Assembly: GCF_006345805.1 (NCBI RefSeq)
Contig: NC_043004.1
Coordinates: forward strand, 24,800,001 to 24,864,000
Length of the DNA: 64,000 bases
Source of the DNA: Octopus sinensis
Taxonomy: Eukaryota
Direction of reading: 5' to 3'
The notes under the pieces were generated by a model. That model was not told where the DNA came from. It was given only the letters and a program-made list of their open reading frames with translations, and ran no database searches. Below are positions 50,803 to 64,000 of this stretch, piece after piece (positions within the stretch are counted from its first letter, which is position 1; each line of letters starts with the position of its first letter). Position numbers and translations under genes: made by a program.

Positions 50803-53800
50803 CAAGAAAAGGCACCTGCTAGCTTCTTCAGACAAAATATGTTTATTCATTTGTTCTGATTTTTTTTTTAATTAGACCGCGTAATTTTTGTACTATTACT
50901 ACGACCACTACTATTACTACAACTACATGAAGGTTCCCTCTTGTCTGTTATCTACTATATACTCTTAGTCAAGTATATACCAGATATACCGTTTGTTCTA
51001 ATGTAATTTCTTTTTCAAGGAGAGTTTAAATTTTAAACCGTTGCACAACGACAACGAAATAACAACAAAGTTGTAATAACAATATCAGAAACTTCAATTC
51101 GATCAGCAACAACAAATAAACTACTATATTTGTTTGTTGTGTTTGCAGTTTTTTTTTTCTTCTTTCTTTTACGTTACCCCATTTGATGTTTTTCTCACTA
51201 TCAAACACACGCTAGTAAGTATTTGTAAAGAAACGGTGTGAAATGAATGCTTTACATACACGTAGTCAAATATATATTAATACTTTTTTTTCGCCGGCAT
51301 TACAGCCTTCACACATATGTATTTTTATGAAGTGTAAGGAAATATATAATAAAGTTAATATTATAGTTTGACCTTAACTAGGAAAAATTTATGCCACGAG
51401 AAAACGAACAATTTTAATCTTTGTCTATAATATTGTTTTCATAATTTCGGTAAGTAAGGATGACATAAATATAGTCAATTGACTTGGTCCGACTTTCTAT
51501 ATAATCTTTGTCAATATGTTAGACACAAACCTCTTGCTAAACTTCCTTCCTGTAAAACACACCTGGAGCTAAATGTCTACATCTAAAACTTCATCAATCG
51601 ACTTAACGCTATTGGTAACGTTACAATTCTCTACTGTCCTCCTCCTCAATCCACTCTAGTGTCCTCCAAGGTTTTGTTCTCTCTCCATCTTTATTTCACA
51701 TTTTAATCTTTGATCTTTGGTTAATTCCTACTAACCATACTCACGCCTGTGCAGTTGAGTAACGAGAGAGCTTGTACATGCTTAATGTAGCAGCCATACT
51801 CCTTTAGACTATCATAAAAACATATATATATATATATATATATTATTATTATTATATATAAACCTTGTGTATCTGGGGTATTAGAATAGGTACTTACGTC
51901 AAAAGGTGATTAAATAGGTTGTCTTTAGGAAGGGCATCTGGTTGCAAAGCACTTCTTCAGTATCTCCCATCCAAATTATGTCAGCATGGAAAGGCATACG
52001 TAGAAACGAAACTGATTGTGTATGTGTGTATATATATATATAGATATGTATATCCTGTGAACTAACGTAATAAAAAGTTAATTAGTTGACCTTTTATAAT
52101 CATAAATATTCATTAAAGTGTGATTAGCTCTATTAACTCCAGAGAATGTGTGTGTGTGTGTTGGGGAGGTTGATTGTGATATCTGTGTCTTCCAAGAGTT
52201 GTTACCATGTACAGAAACCTTGACCACAGATATTATTGATTCCTGGCTACTTAGTGTCTGTGCTGTGATGCTTCCTAACAATTTCTTTGAAATGAGGACT
52301 TATGTTTGAACTTGAAATTTTTGGGACATCATTCATACTTACCATTGAGATGATCAAAGTTATGGAATCATATCTTAAGCTTGGAGGTATATGACTGGGA
52401 TGGTGTGGGTGGTGGTGCTAAAACATCAACAGTAAGTCTTATGTATATACACAACTTCACTTTCTACTCTCCTGTCTTTTAAATCCAACATTATGTTAAA
52501 CCCTTTGGCATTCAGGTTATTCTGTCAAATGTAATGCTTCTTTATTCATTTTGTTTTGAATTAATCATGCATTATTTCATAGCTTTGAGATGTCAATATG
52601 ATTGTTTACTTTTAGAATGACATTGTAGGATAAGTGTAAGAGGCTGGATCTGGCTGGTTTGAACATTAAATGGGTAGAATATTTGGGCCTGACATTGCTG
52701 GTTTAAATACTAAACAGTTACTCCATCACCATGTAATCCCACCTTGTATATCTCTTTCATTTTCTCTCAGTCAGTGAAAAATCTGACATTTTGGTAATGC
52801 TTAGTGACTCAATAATCTAAAATATCAAAAAATGGTTCCTGTTTCTATGAAGAACTGCATCATTGCCACAACTTCACATGAACTGCACTCCCGTTTTCAA
52901 CTAAACCTAACCCTTCTTCTCATGAAACACACCTCTGTGTGAGTCAATTAGGTATTCTCTGATGGTACTTGACCTGATCTGCTAGAAGTAACAGCCAAAT
53001 CTTCTTTCAAACCATACTTTACCAACTTATTCCTAGATATACAAAATATATATTTGTAAAGTCTTTATAAGGTATGAGGTGGACTTAATCAACATTAACA
53101 AATTCCATATTAGTTACATCTGTTGGCTCATACTGAGTACAAAACTAGGGAGAGCTATGTTACAACTTTCTCACTCATTAATATTAAGTCTTAGTCACAC
53201 CTTTTCCTCTTTAGTCATAGCAATAATATAAAATATTGTTATTGATAATTTAATTTAAGAGTGTTTATCTCCTATTTCAGTTCATTCATATTCATGTACC
53301 TTATATCATTTCATCATCATTATTTCATTTTAACATCCACTTTGCCATACTTGCATGGGCTGAACTTCTGTTCAACCTGTGCAAGCAAGGAAAAGTGAAT
53401 GTAAAAATGATGATGAGCAGAGATTACTTTCTGTCCTTACTCAGAGTTTTGCATTATTATTGTATGATAAGCAGTAATGGAGAACTCTGAGTTGCAACTG
53501 AGAACCGTCTCAGTTCTAATGATATGTATTTCTTCTTTAGAGTGCTCAGGGCTTGAAGTCCCTTTGTGTTCTCTCTTGACAGCTTGTTGGTTGATATATA
53601 TATTTGTATGTATGTGTGTGAATCAGAAATAAAATGATACAAGACTGAGGGGAGTGGAGATTGTATTTGTCCACCTCATATTAGGTATGTAGAAACATTT
53701 TAAAATGTGATGAAACATAAAGAGATAGAATGAAAATTAAGTCACGGTACTTGATATTTTTTTTTTCTGAACAACCTTTTTTTTGTCCATAGATACAGAA

Positions 53801-53896
53801 AATTCTGGGGCATGTTATTCATATGACACACATTCTATTATACTTTTCTAGTAATAAATGTTTTCAACAAAAACGTTAATTCTCCTTATGTTCTAG

Positions 53897-53938
53897 ATAT
53901 GTTCAGATTAAAGAACAAAGTGACAACAACAAGCTCGG
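53897..53938 (+). CDS. Candidate exon (K)YVQIKEQSDNNKL(G)
   Basis: Acceptor tccttatgttctag, 42 nt, phase 2-2 compatible with the 49328 exon; weak donor gtatat. Confidence 0.2.
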
Positions 53939-56768
53939 GTATATATTTAAATGTATAATTTCTGGGATATTTATTGATCTGATGAGATGTATCATTTAGC
54001 ATGAACAGGCCATGTGTGTGTGTATGTGTGTAATATAAATTATTTAGTACCAGATATGACTCGTTTTTTTTTCATTATTCTATAAAAGTACATATAGTTG
54101 ATTAATATTTTGCATATCAATTTGATTAATGGACAGTATCTTAGGTCTTTCTCATGGGTTCTGGGAACTAGTCAATCTTTCACATGTCCATATCAATCTG
54201 ATTGATATTATTCTGATTGCTACACATATTTGTAAATTAGTAGAAATATCTCTGCTATTCGATATCCTTTCAAAATAATACTAACCAATCATAATGAAGT
54301 TAGGAGTGATATCAGTTGTTGGACAGGCATATTAGTGGCTAGGGAGAATACTGTTTTGCCTAAAGTTATAACCTAATGGCAACAGTAACATTTGAACACG
54401 TGATCTTATTGTTTAGTAGTAATAGTTCAGCAACTTTAAAACTACAAGAAAAGAGAGAACTAAATATGGATTTCATTTCTAATGATGGGCTTGGTGCCTA
54501 AGACCACCAAAGACTGCAATATGAAAAGGAACCAAAAGAACAACCATACTGCATTGTCTGTCATGTGGATCTTAGGTCAAAGTATCCATTTGAAAAATAT
54601 ATTGCAGTCTCCAACAAATGCTGGTACAACAATCAATATGCTTGCAACTTGTTCTGAGAGGTATGGGGTGGAAGCACAAAGGATGCATGTCCCAGGATCC
54701 TGAAGTGGGTCCAGGAGGAGGCAACCATTAAGGAGTGGGAACATAAAAGAAAAAGAGGATCCTATGGAAGAGGTGCTTGAGGACTCTACCTCTGCAACCC
54801 TCTAGGGAACAGTGGGTGAAGATGTCTGGATAATCACAATTGTCAAGTGTTTGTCATAACCTGATGGCAGTGTGTATGAGAAGTGATGTGTCTAGTCCCA
54901 ATTAACTGATGGACCTAATCTTATTTTGTACTTTTGTTTATGGTTGAACTCTCTGGTCTATGATGAAGGAAAACCACTCAACCTAGAACTGATATTGAAC
55001 CAAAATATTGGCTTTGAAACAGGGCAATATCAAATTTTCATTGTTGGTAAGAACACTTGATATTTAATGGTCAACATTTATTGTACAGTGGTTTAAATTC
55101 TACCTAGTTTACCTTTGATAGTCTTCAGTCTGCTGCTACTAAAATAAGTACCAGCACAAACCCGAGGAACCATTTTACAGAATAATTAGTATCATATGTA
55201 GAAGGAAATGTGTCTGCTACTTTCTTAATACTCTCAAGATTTGTGTCAAATTCCAATTCATGTAAGTCGGCTTGGTTTATACTTTATACATACATATGTA
55301 CATAACTTTATACGTACATACATACATATCTACATACATTCATACATACATACATACATACATACATGACACATACATACACATATATATATATATGTAT
55401 ATATTCTTTTATTCTTTCTGTCATTTTACTGTGGCCAAGCTGGAGTACCATCTTTTAAATGTATGTAAATATATTTAAAACAAAACAGGAAGTTGGAAAA
55501 TTTTTTGGTATTATTTATTCTCCATTACATATGTTTCATTTGCTGATAGGAACTTATTAGCAAATGAAATGCGTAATGGAGAATAAATTTTCCAACTTCC
55601 TGTTTTCAACTCTGATATGTACCTTACATCAATACAACAATGGCAGTGTCTACATACTGGATTAAGCAGATGTGCTTCAAGAGAACACAGCTGGGATTTT
55701 ACCCTACCTACATTATGTATAGTGGAGGCACATGGCCTACTGTTTAGAACAGTGGACTCGTGGTCAAGGGATCGCGGGTTCGAATCTCAGACTGAGTGAT
55801 GTATGTGTTTATGAGCAAAACACCTAAGCTCCACGTGGATCCGGCAGAAAGTAATGACGAACTTCTGCTGACTCTTTTGCCACAACTTTCTCTCACTCTT
55901 TCCTCCTGCATCTTGCAACTCACCTGTGCCGGACTGGCGTCCCATCCAGTTGGGGCAACTATATGTCAAGGTAACTGGGAAAATGGCCCTATGAGCCAGG
56001 CGTGGCTCGAGAAGGAACAAACAACAACATTATGTATATATATATATATATATATAATGTCCATCATCATTTTGACATTTTTTTTCATGATGGCATGGAT
56101 TAGACCAAAGGTGGGGAAAACCTCACCCGTAGGCACAATTGTGCCCACAAGCCCATTTAATTGCACCTGCAGGCTGATATACTCGTATGTACAAAATATA
56201 GTAAATTTTTCGATTATAAAATTTATACAATATTCATATGCTTATTTGCAACATAGGTCATGTTTCCACTATGACTTAAAACGGTCAGACTCAAACAGAA
56301 ATCATCCGGTAATTGCCATTTGAATGCAAATTTTGTTATCACTATGAAATACATATTGCTATGTTTATACCACTCTTTGAAACCTGACTACATTCTAGCT
56401 GAAAAATATAGAATACCTCATAGGTAATACAAACGTCCTAAATTCAGTGGTGGCATTAATGAAGATGTTATGTTTTAATTTAATGCGTTAAACTTATCTT
56501 TATTAGTGAATATTGAATTATACATAGATATATACAAGATTTACACAGATATAAGAGAACATGTTACCTGCCTGTGGATCTTTTTCTTTGGAAATTTTTG
56601 TCCACTGCACTAAAATGTTTTCCCACCCCTGGGTTAGACAAAGCATTATTGAGGCAGATTTTCGATAGTTAGATGCTCTTCTTGATACTAACCCTTACTT
56701 GTTTTTCCTTTTCTTTTCTTTTCTTTTTTTTTATTTCAGCATTTAAATTTTTGACTGCTTAACTTCAG

Positions 56769-56834
56769 TTTTGATTTTCTTCAGTATGAACTACTTCATT
56801 TTGTCAGGCAATTGGGCTGGGATATAACTTGTTT
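56769..56834 (+). CDS. Candidate exon FDFLQYELLHFVRQLGWDITC
   Basis: Strong donor gtaagt at 56835; open only from the acceptor at 56768 (or 56784); the stronger acceptor at 56739 gives stops in all frames. Confidence 0.15.
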
Positions 56835-59800
56835 GTAAGTAGTAGAGAAGTGACTTCTGAATGAATTTGTTTTATATCAATATATTTTAACAATTTAAGG
56901 CATTGAGCTGGCAGAATCGTTAGCACAATGGAAAAAATGCTAATCGACATTTCATCCATCTTTACGTTCTGAGTTCAAATGCCATCGAGGTCAACTTTGC
57001 CTTTCATCTTTACGGGGTTGATAAAGTAGGTACCAGTTGATTACTGGGGTCGATGTTATTAACCTAGCCCCTTACCCCGAAATTGCTGGCCTTGTGCCAA
57101 AATCTGAAACCAATATATTATAATTATTTAGCTGATTTAATTCTACTTTATACAGATACCTGCATAGCTATAGACACAGCTACAGCTGTATAGCTGTGTA
57201 GTTTGTTTTGCAACGACTTGTGTTTGGGTTCATTCCTCTTGCATGGTACCATTTGCAAGTAACTTCTACTTATAATCTGAAGCTGATAAATGCCTTGTAA
57301 GTAAAATAGACGGACACTGTACAGAAGCCAATCATATCTTTGAGTGTATATATGTGTGTCGCAGGCATTAACTTACAGATGGTCTTTGTATGATTTTGCT
57401 TCGAGTGGACCATGTGTTGCGATCACAAAGACCACACGCTTGGCAACATTGGGAGTGGTGACTTGCTGGATCTGGTTAGGGTGATAGCAGCAGGCTCTCA
57501 GATGTCCCAGATATAACTGAAATCTGCCTTGTTCACGCCATCCTGCATGGCAGCTGTGGTTTTATATCAGAGTTTCTTTCTCCTAGACAGACTACTTTCC
57601 AAGCTGATGAACTCCATCTATCCAAAAGGACATGTGCTAGTTAACCCATAGCTGGGACACTGACGTGTTACTACTTCAGGTCAGAGTAGACCTGGGAAAA
57701 ATAGAAGCTAAGTTGAGGATATATGTGTATGTGTTTGTGTCTGTTGTGAAAACATGTCCAGCTGTTGTGGTTTGTCATGTGAAAAATCAGGTATGTAAGT
57801 TCCTTAAATGGAAACAAATGTTTGTAATAAGAAGAACATGTCACTGTAGAATACAATTCTCAATTCAACTGATGCTTGTATGGAAAAAGCAGATGTTAAA
57901 ATGATGATAATGATGAATAAATCTATAGAAATATTATCGGTCCAGTGAGATATAAAATTTTTACTTATTGTCACATATCTTTTATATTAGATAAAGGAAA
58001 ATGGAAAGAATATGTGAGAGTCGTGGGTGTGTGGTAAAGAGCTTATGTAACATATCACGCCGGGCGAATTGCTTAGCGGTATTTTGTCTGCCGCTACGTT
58101 CTGGGTTCAAATTCCGCCGAGGTCAACTTTGCCTTTCATCTTTTCGGGGTCGATAAATTAAGTACCAGTTACACACTGGGGTTGATGTAATCGACTTAAT
58201 CCCTTTGTCTGTCCTTGTTTGTCTCCTCAGTGTTTAGCTCCTTCATCATCATCATCATTTAACGTCAGCTTTCCATGCTAGCAATGGGTTGGACAATTTG
58301 ACTGAGGACTGGCAAACCAGATAGCTGCATCAGACTCCAATCTGATCTGGCAGAGTTTCTACAGCTGGATGCCCTTCCTAACGCCAACCACTCCGAGAAT
58401 GTAGTGGGTGCTTTTACGTGCCACTGGCATGAGGGCCAGTTTGGCAGTACTGGCAACGGCCATGCTCGAAATGGTGTCTTTTATATGTCACCTACACAGG
58501 AGTCAGTCCAGTGGCACTGGCAACGACCTCACTTGAATGTTTTGTTCACGTGCCAGTAAGGCGATGCTGGTAACGATCACGCTGAAATGGTGCTTTTTAC
58601 GTGCCGAGCAATAAAGAAATAAGAAGCTTACTTCTCAACCACATGATTCTAGGTTTAGTCCCATTGCATGGCACCTTGGGCAAGTGTCTTCTACTATAGC
58701 CTCAGACTAACTAAAGCCTTATGAGTGGATTAGGTAGATGGAAGCTGAAAGAAAACTATTATATATATACACAGATATGGTAATGCAAATAGGAAAAATA
58801 AAACACAAAACATGAGTATATGTATATGTTTATTAATATTTAGCAGACGCAACAAAAGGACTCAAGGGCCAAGAGTTTTGCGTTTTGGCACTTATTAAAC
58901 TAATTACTAATTGAAGAACTGTGAGTTTATATAGCTGGTGAGAATTGCATTTTCCTCTGGATTGTTCTCGATCGAATTTCAATATCTGTCTTTGTCTCTT
59001 TTGTGTTTGTATCTCGCTCTCTACCACTTAACTGGTGTTGGTATGTTTATGACCCTGTAGCTTAGTGGTTCAGCAAAAGAAACTGATAGAATAAGTATGA
59101 GTCGAAAAAAAGAAAAAAGTACTGGGGCTGATTTATTTGACTGAAAGTTCTTCAAGGTGGTGCCCCAGCATGGCCACAGTGTAATGACTGGAACAAATAA
59201 AAGATGAAAGATAAAACATTCAGATGCTAACCAACCATACTGAAGTTCTTGTCATAAAAGAAATGATGAAGTGAACTCAAGGGTTAGATTCTCTTAATAA
59301 TCCTTTCTACTCAAAGCACAAAGCCTGAAATTTTGGGGAAGGGGACAAGTTGGTTACATCGACCCCAGTGTTTCACTTTTACATAATTTATTGATCCTGA
59401 AAGGATGAAAGGCAAAGTTGACCTTGTCAGAATTTGAATTCAGAATGTAAAGATGGTCGAAATACTGCTAAGCATTCCATCCAGTGTGCTAATGATTCTG
59501 CCAGCTCTTTGCTTTAATAATAATAATAATAATAATAATAACAACAATATTAATCCTTTTTACTAAAGGCACAAGGCCTGAAATTTTGTGGGAGGGAGCA
59601 AGTTGATTACATCGACCCCAGTGTTTCACTGTTACCTAATTTATTGACCACAGAAGGATGAATGCCTTCTGGCAGAATTTGAACTCAGAACATAAAGGCA
59701 GACAAAATGCTGCTAAGTATTTAGCCCAGTGTTAGCTCACCGCCTTCTGGATTCTCTTAATAATAAACAGCACTAATTAAAGTTTGATTGGTCAGCTGGG

Positions 59801-59846
59801 TCACACTTCATATCATCTGTTTGTTTCTGCTGTTGTTTTAACATAG

Positions 59847-59943
59847 AACGCAGTGTCATCGTACTATATGATGCAAGTTAAAATTTGGCAGCAGAACACT
59901 CAATTAGTCTCAGAACAACTGTTATTTAGTGCATCAAGGAGAG
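59847..59943 (+). CDS. Candidate exon NAVSSYYMMQVKIWQQNTQLVSEQLLFSASRR
   Basis: Pyrimidine-rich acceptor ending ttttaacatag, donor gag/gtgggt, one open frame. Confidence 0.2.
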
Positions 59944-60534
59944 GTGGGTTTATTGGAGCCATAACCTGAGTAGACTCCCTCTTAGACAAGGGGAAGGGTG
60001 AGCACCGGTTCATTGAAGTAACTTGAAGATATAGTTGATAGTAATTGCTGTTATATTTGTTGTTTCTGTCATGTGTCTTATTCTTTATTTTTTTTATTGT
60101 TACATATCATTCTGTACACAAGGTCTATGCTCTTAGTTTGTTTTGCCACCTACACATTCAGAGATGGGGATATGGTAGTAGTAGTGGTGGTGGTGGTGGT
60201 AGTGGTGTGAAGTTAAAATGTATGTTTGAAGAAGTGTTGAAAACATATGGTTAGATCCTTGTTTTTTTGAAAGATTCAGTTCCAGGGAAAGTGTGTTTAT
60301 AACTTGTGGAAGGAGATGGGGAGGGAGAGAAAATCAGAGAGGGTGTTATGGAACGTGAATATTTTGAGAGTTTCAGATTGAAGAAGGGTGCCAACAAATT
60401 AAAGAAAAAAAAACACAAAAACCATTTGTAATCACAGTAAACTAACAAATAACTTACTTCAATTCAAGAGTAAAGGTATCACATCAATATTTAAAAAAGA
60501 AGTTAGAAAGAATTGTTGTTATTGTTGTTGTTGT

Positions 60535-60770
60535 TAAGGCGGCGAGCTGGCAGAAATGTTGGCATGCCAGGTGAAATGCTTTGCAGTATTTCGTCTGCCG
60601 CTGCGTTCTGAGTTCAAATTCCGCTGAGATCGACTTTGCCTTTCATCCTTTCGGGGTCGATAAATTAAGTACCAATTACGCACTGGGGTCGATGTAATCG
60701 ACTTAATCCGCTTGTCTGTCCTTGTTTGTCCCCTCTGTGTTTAGCCCCTTGTGGGTAGTAAAGAAATAGG
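60535..60770 (+). mobile_element. Well-preserved full-length SINE family B
   Basis: aaggcggcgagctggcagaaa...gagttcaaattcc...ccccttgtgggtagtaaagaaat with many CpGs intact. Confidence 0.85.
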
Positions 60771-61495
60771 TATTTCCACTGTCTTCTCAGTTCTTATTCT
60801 GCCGAAGTCGACTTTGTCTTTCATCCCTTTGGGGTCAATAAATTAAGTACCCGTCAAGTACTGGGGTTGATGTGAGCAACTTACCCCCTACCCCAATTAT
60901 TTCAGGCCTTGTACCTACAGTAGAAAGGGGATTATTATTATTATTAAGAAGGCAGTGAACTGGCAGAAACATTAGCATGCTGGGCAAAATGCTTAGTGGC
61001 ATTTCATCTTTATGTTCTGAGTTCAAATGCTGCTGGGCTCAACTTTGCCTTTCATCCTTTTGGAGTCGATAAATTAAGTACCAGTCAAGTAGTGGGGTCA
61101 GTGTAATTGATTTACCCTCTCCCCCAAACTTGCTGGCCTTCTGTCAAAAGCTAATATTATTTATTATTGTGGAGGCACATGGCCTAGTAGTTAGAGTAGC
61201 GGACTCGCAGTCGAGGGATCGTGGGTTCGAATCTCAGACTGGGTGATGTATGTGTTTATGAGCAAAGCATTTAAGCTCTCCTTGACTCCGGCAGAAGGTA
61301 ACGGCGAACTTCTGCTGACTCTTTCGCCACAACTTTCTCTCACTCTTTCCTCCTGCATCTTGCAGCTCACCTGCGATGGACTGGCGTCCGTCCAGGTGGG
61401 GAACCTATATGCCAAGGAAACCAGGTAACTGGCCCTATGAGCCAGACATGGCTTGAGAAGGAACAAACATTATTTATTATTATTATTATTATAAT

Positions 61496-62040
61496 TGAGT
61501 GAGAGAGTAGTGCATGCCATCAAAGTGACACTGGGGTAAAATATACGAAGCCCAGTATACCCATCATGACTACCCGTGTGATAAGGGTACACCAGGCACA
61601 TGCATCACAACCATATGTGCGTGACATGGTGAACTCATATGAAGATAAACAGTGCAGGTGGGGCCCAGTTAGAATTTTCTTGAGGTCAAGTAGCCCATCC
61701 CACTCAAAAGGTCCCTGAATAAGAGTTGTTTAAGAATGTTGAACGAAACACCCATGTTTTCAAAGGTGAATTATTCAAACTCCAAAGACTTCCTCTCAAC
61801 ACATGGTTATGATGCTCCCCCACTACTTCTGCTCATGATCAGAGATGCACATATCATCAGCCACCTAGGGACATGCTCAACTGGCTAAGGCCAAGCAACT
61901 GACAAGCAAATCTGTGGTATTGAGCAGAATATTTGCTGTAGCTCATCTTTTATACCAAAACAAAGCAATATACATGATAACACTTCCAATCAATTAAGAT
62001 TAAAAGCCACGAGAGCTACTGTCTGGCACTGCATCAGGGA
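61496..62040 (-). mobile_element. Non-coding retroposon family E flanked by (TAA)n
   Basis: Second copy at 63023-63467 shares the same left end but is shorter at the right; both are embedded in att repeats. Confidence 0.65.
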
Positions 62041-62985
62041 ATTATTATTATTGGCTGTGGTGAAAGAGGTTGTATGGTGGATAAGGCTAAAAGGATTGAA
62101 GAAGACATTTTCCTCTTCAACTTTTTAAAGTACCACTTTGAAAGGAAAATGAAAGTGGAGAGAGATTTACTTTCTCCCATTGAATTTGTGAGAAGGTGAA
62201 TGACTGTGGCAAAAAGTTTCTTAGGATACTTTAGGAATATGTTTGTAGATTGTAGAATAACAGTTGAGTGAAGGCTTGTGCCTTTGGTGGTCAAGGTGAA
62301 AGTGTTCTTGTATCAGGAGAGCTGCATCCGTCATATGTTCACATATTTTGTATACTATGAATACTTTTATCTCATGTCACCCTCCTTGCTCATTCTTTCT
62401 CCCTCATCTCTTATGTAAATCCCTACGCAAATTGTAAACTGGTCTTGTAATGTCCCCCTCTTTTGAGGACCTTGTGGCAATAAAAGAAATAATAATAATA
62501 ATAATAATAATTATTATTATTATAATGATGATAATAATTATTATCATTAAGGTGGTGAACTGGCAGAATCATTTGCATGTTGGGCAAATTGCTTAGTGGC
62601 ATTTTGTCTGTTTTTACATTCTCTGTTCAAATTCTGTCATGGTTGACTTTGCCTTCCATCCTTTGAGGGTCACAAGTTGAACACTGGTGTCGATTACTTT
62701 GACTAGCCCATTCCTCTAAAATTTTAGACCTTGTGCCTATAATAGAAAGAGTTATTATTATTATTATCAAAGACTGTGAGCTGGAAGAATTACTAGCGTT
62801 CCAGACAAAATGCCACTCAGCGTTTTGTCTGTCTTTACATTCTAAATTTAAATTCTGATGCCGTCAACTTTACTTTTCATCTTTTTGGTGGTTGATGAAA
62901 TAACTAGCAGCTGAGCATTGGTGTTGATGTAATTGACTTAGCCCTTCACATCAAAATTTCAGGCCCTGTGCCTATAATAGGAAGG

Positions 62986-63021
<36 letters not shown>

Positions 63022-63022
63022 C

Positions 63023-63467
63023 AGTGAGAGAGCAGTGCATGCCGTCAGTGACACTGGGGTAAAATATACCCATCATGACTACCTGTCTGATAAGGGTACA
63101 CCAGGCACATGCATCACATCCATATGTGCGCGACATGGTGATCTCATATCAAGATAAACAGCGCATGACCTTGCAGGTGGGGCCCAGTTAGAATTTTCTT
63201 TAGGTTTAGTAACCCATCCCACACAAAAGGTCCTTGAATAAGGGTTGTTTAAGGATGTTGAATGAAACACCCATGTTTCCAGAGGTAAATTATCCAAACT
63301 CCAAAGACTTCCTCACAACACATGGTCCCCCACTACTTCTGCTTGTGATCAGAGATGCACATATCGTTAGCCACCAAGGGACATGCTCAACTGGTTAAGG
63401 TCAAACAACTGACAAGCAAATCTGTGGTATTGAGCAGAATATTTGCTGTAGCCCATCTTTTATACCA
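63023..63467 (-). mobile_element. 5'-truncated copy of family E
   Basis: Aligns by eye to 61496 onward, with small deletions. Confidence 0.65.
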
Positions 63468-64000
63468 TTATTATTATTATTATGGTATTAGACTGGCAGA
63501 TATGTTAAAATGTAGGATAAAATTACTTAATATTTCTTTTGGATTTCTATGTTCAGAGTTCAAAATTTCTTTGAGAGGTCACCTTTGCCATTCATCTTTT
63601 CAGTGTTGATAAAGTAAAGTGCCAGTTAAGAAATAAAGTTTATTTAAATGGAATTATTCTGTCTGTTTTTATGTTCAAGCTCACTGGTTCTGTCCTCACA
63701 CCTACCCTACAGTGTCAGTCTAAAACTAAACAATCACATCCTTGAAATTTTAAAGTTACAAGATAATGCAAGATGAAAATAACTAATAACAGAAAAATTT
63801 CCAACATCCTGTTTTGTTATATAATAACTCTGAAAACAATATTTCCAGAATTTTCAACTCTAATATGTACCTTACATCCATACAATAACAGCAGTGTCTA
63901 CATACTGGCTTGTAATACTGGAATAAGCAGATGTGCTTCAAAAGGGCACAGCTTGGATTTTTAACCTACCCACATTGTGTGTATTTAGTGGGTTGTCCGG

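Noticed and set aside
52365-52430. C2/cadherin-like peptide LEVYDWDGVGGG
   Set aside because: Very short, poor acceptor, overlaps low-complexity ggt repeats; probably chance.
55796-56323. Longest ORF in the track (175 aa)
   Set aside because: Runs through a SINE D body, a (TA)n tract and unrelated flank; a similar peptide recurs at 61243 from the same SINE.

Overview
AT-rich eukaryotic DNA dominated by microsatellites and transposable elements. The tRNA-headed SINE families and repeat landscape look like a coleoid cephalopod, probably Octopus (from recall, not a database match). No intact long protein-coding gene is recognisable, and most ORFs in the supplied track are translations of microsatellites or SINEs. 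Identifiable content: at least four SINE families in many copies; decayed R4/Dong-type RLE LINEs (two head-to-tail, a third on the + strand); a ~2.2 kb Gypsy pol remnant; RTE, CR1 and Penelope fragments; Tc1/mariner and hAT remnants; two non-autonomous Helitrons; and several MITE/foldback elements. Notable items: a TIR element with an 8-bp TSD carrying a TTAGGG array, a 6x118-bp tandem array inside a SINE, Penelope-type hammerhead-ribozyme-like motifs, and a 1.17-kb element with near-identical 385-bp direct repeats. A CpG-rich island at ~48.4-49.4 kb looks like a promoter/first exon. Short candidate exons lie on both sides of it, but they are low confidence and I cannot assign them to a known protein. 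I found no CRISPR or prokaryotic system.
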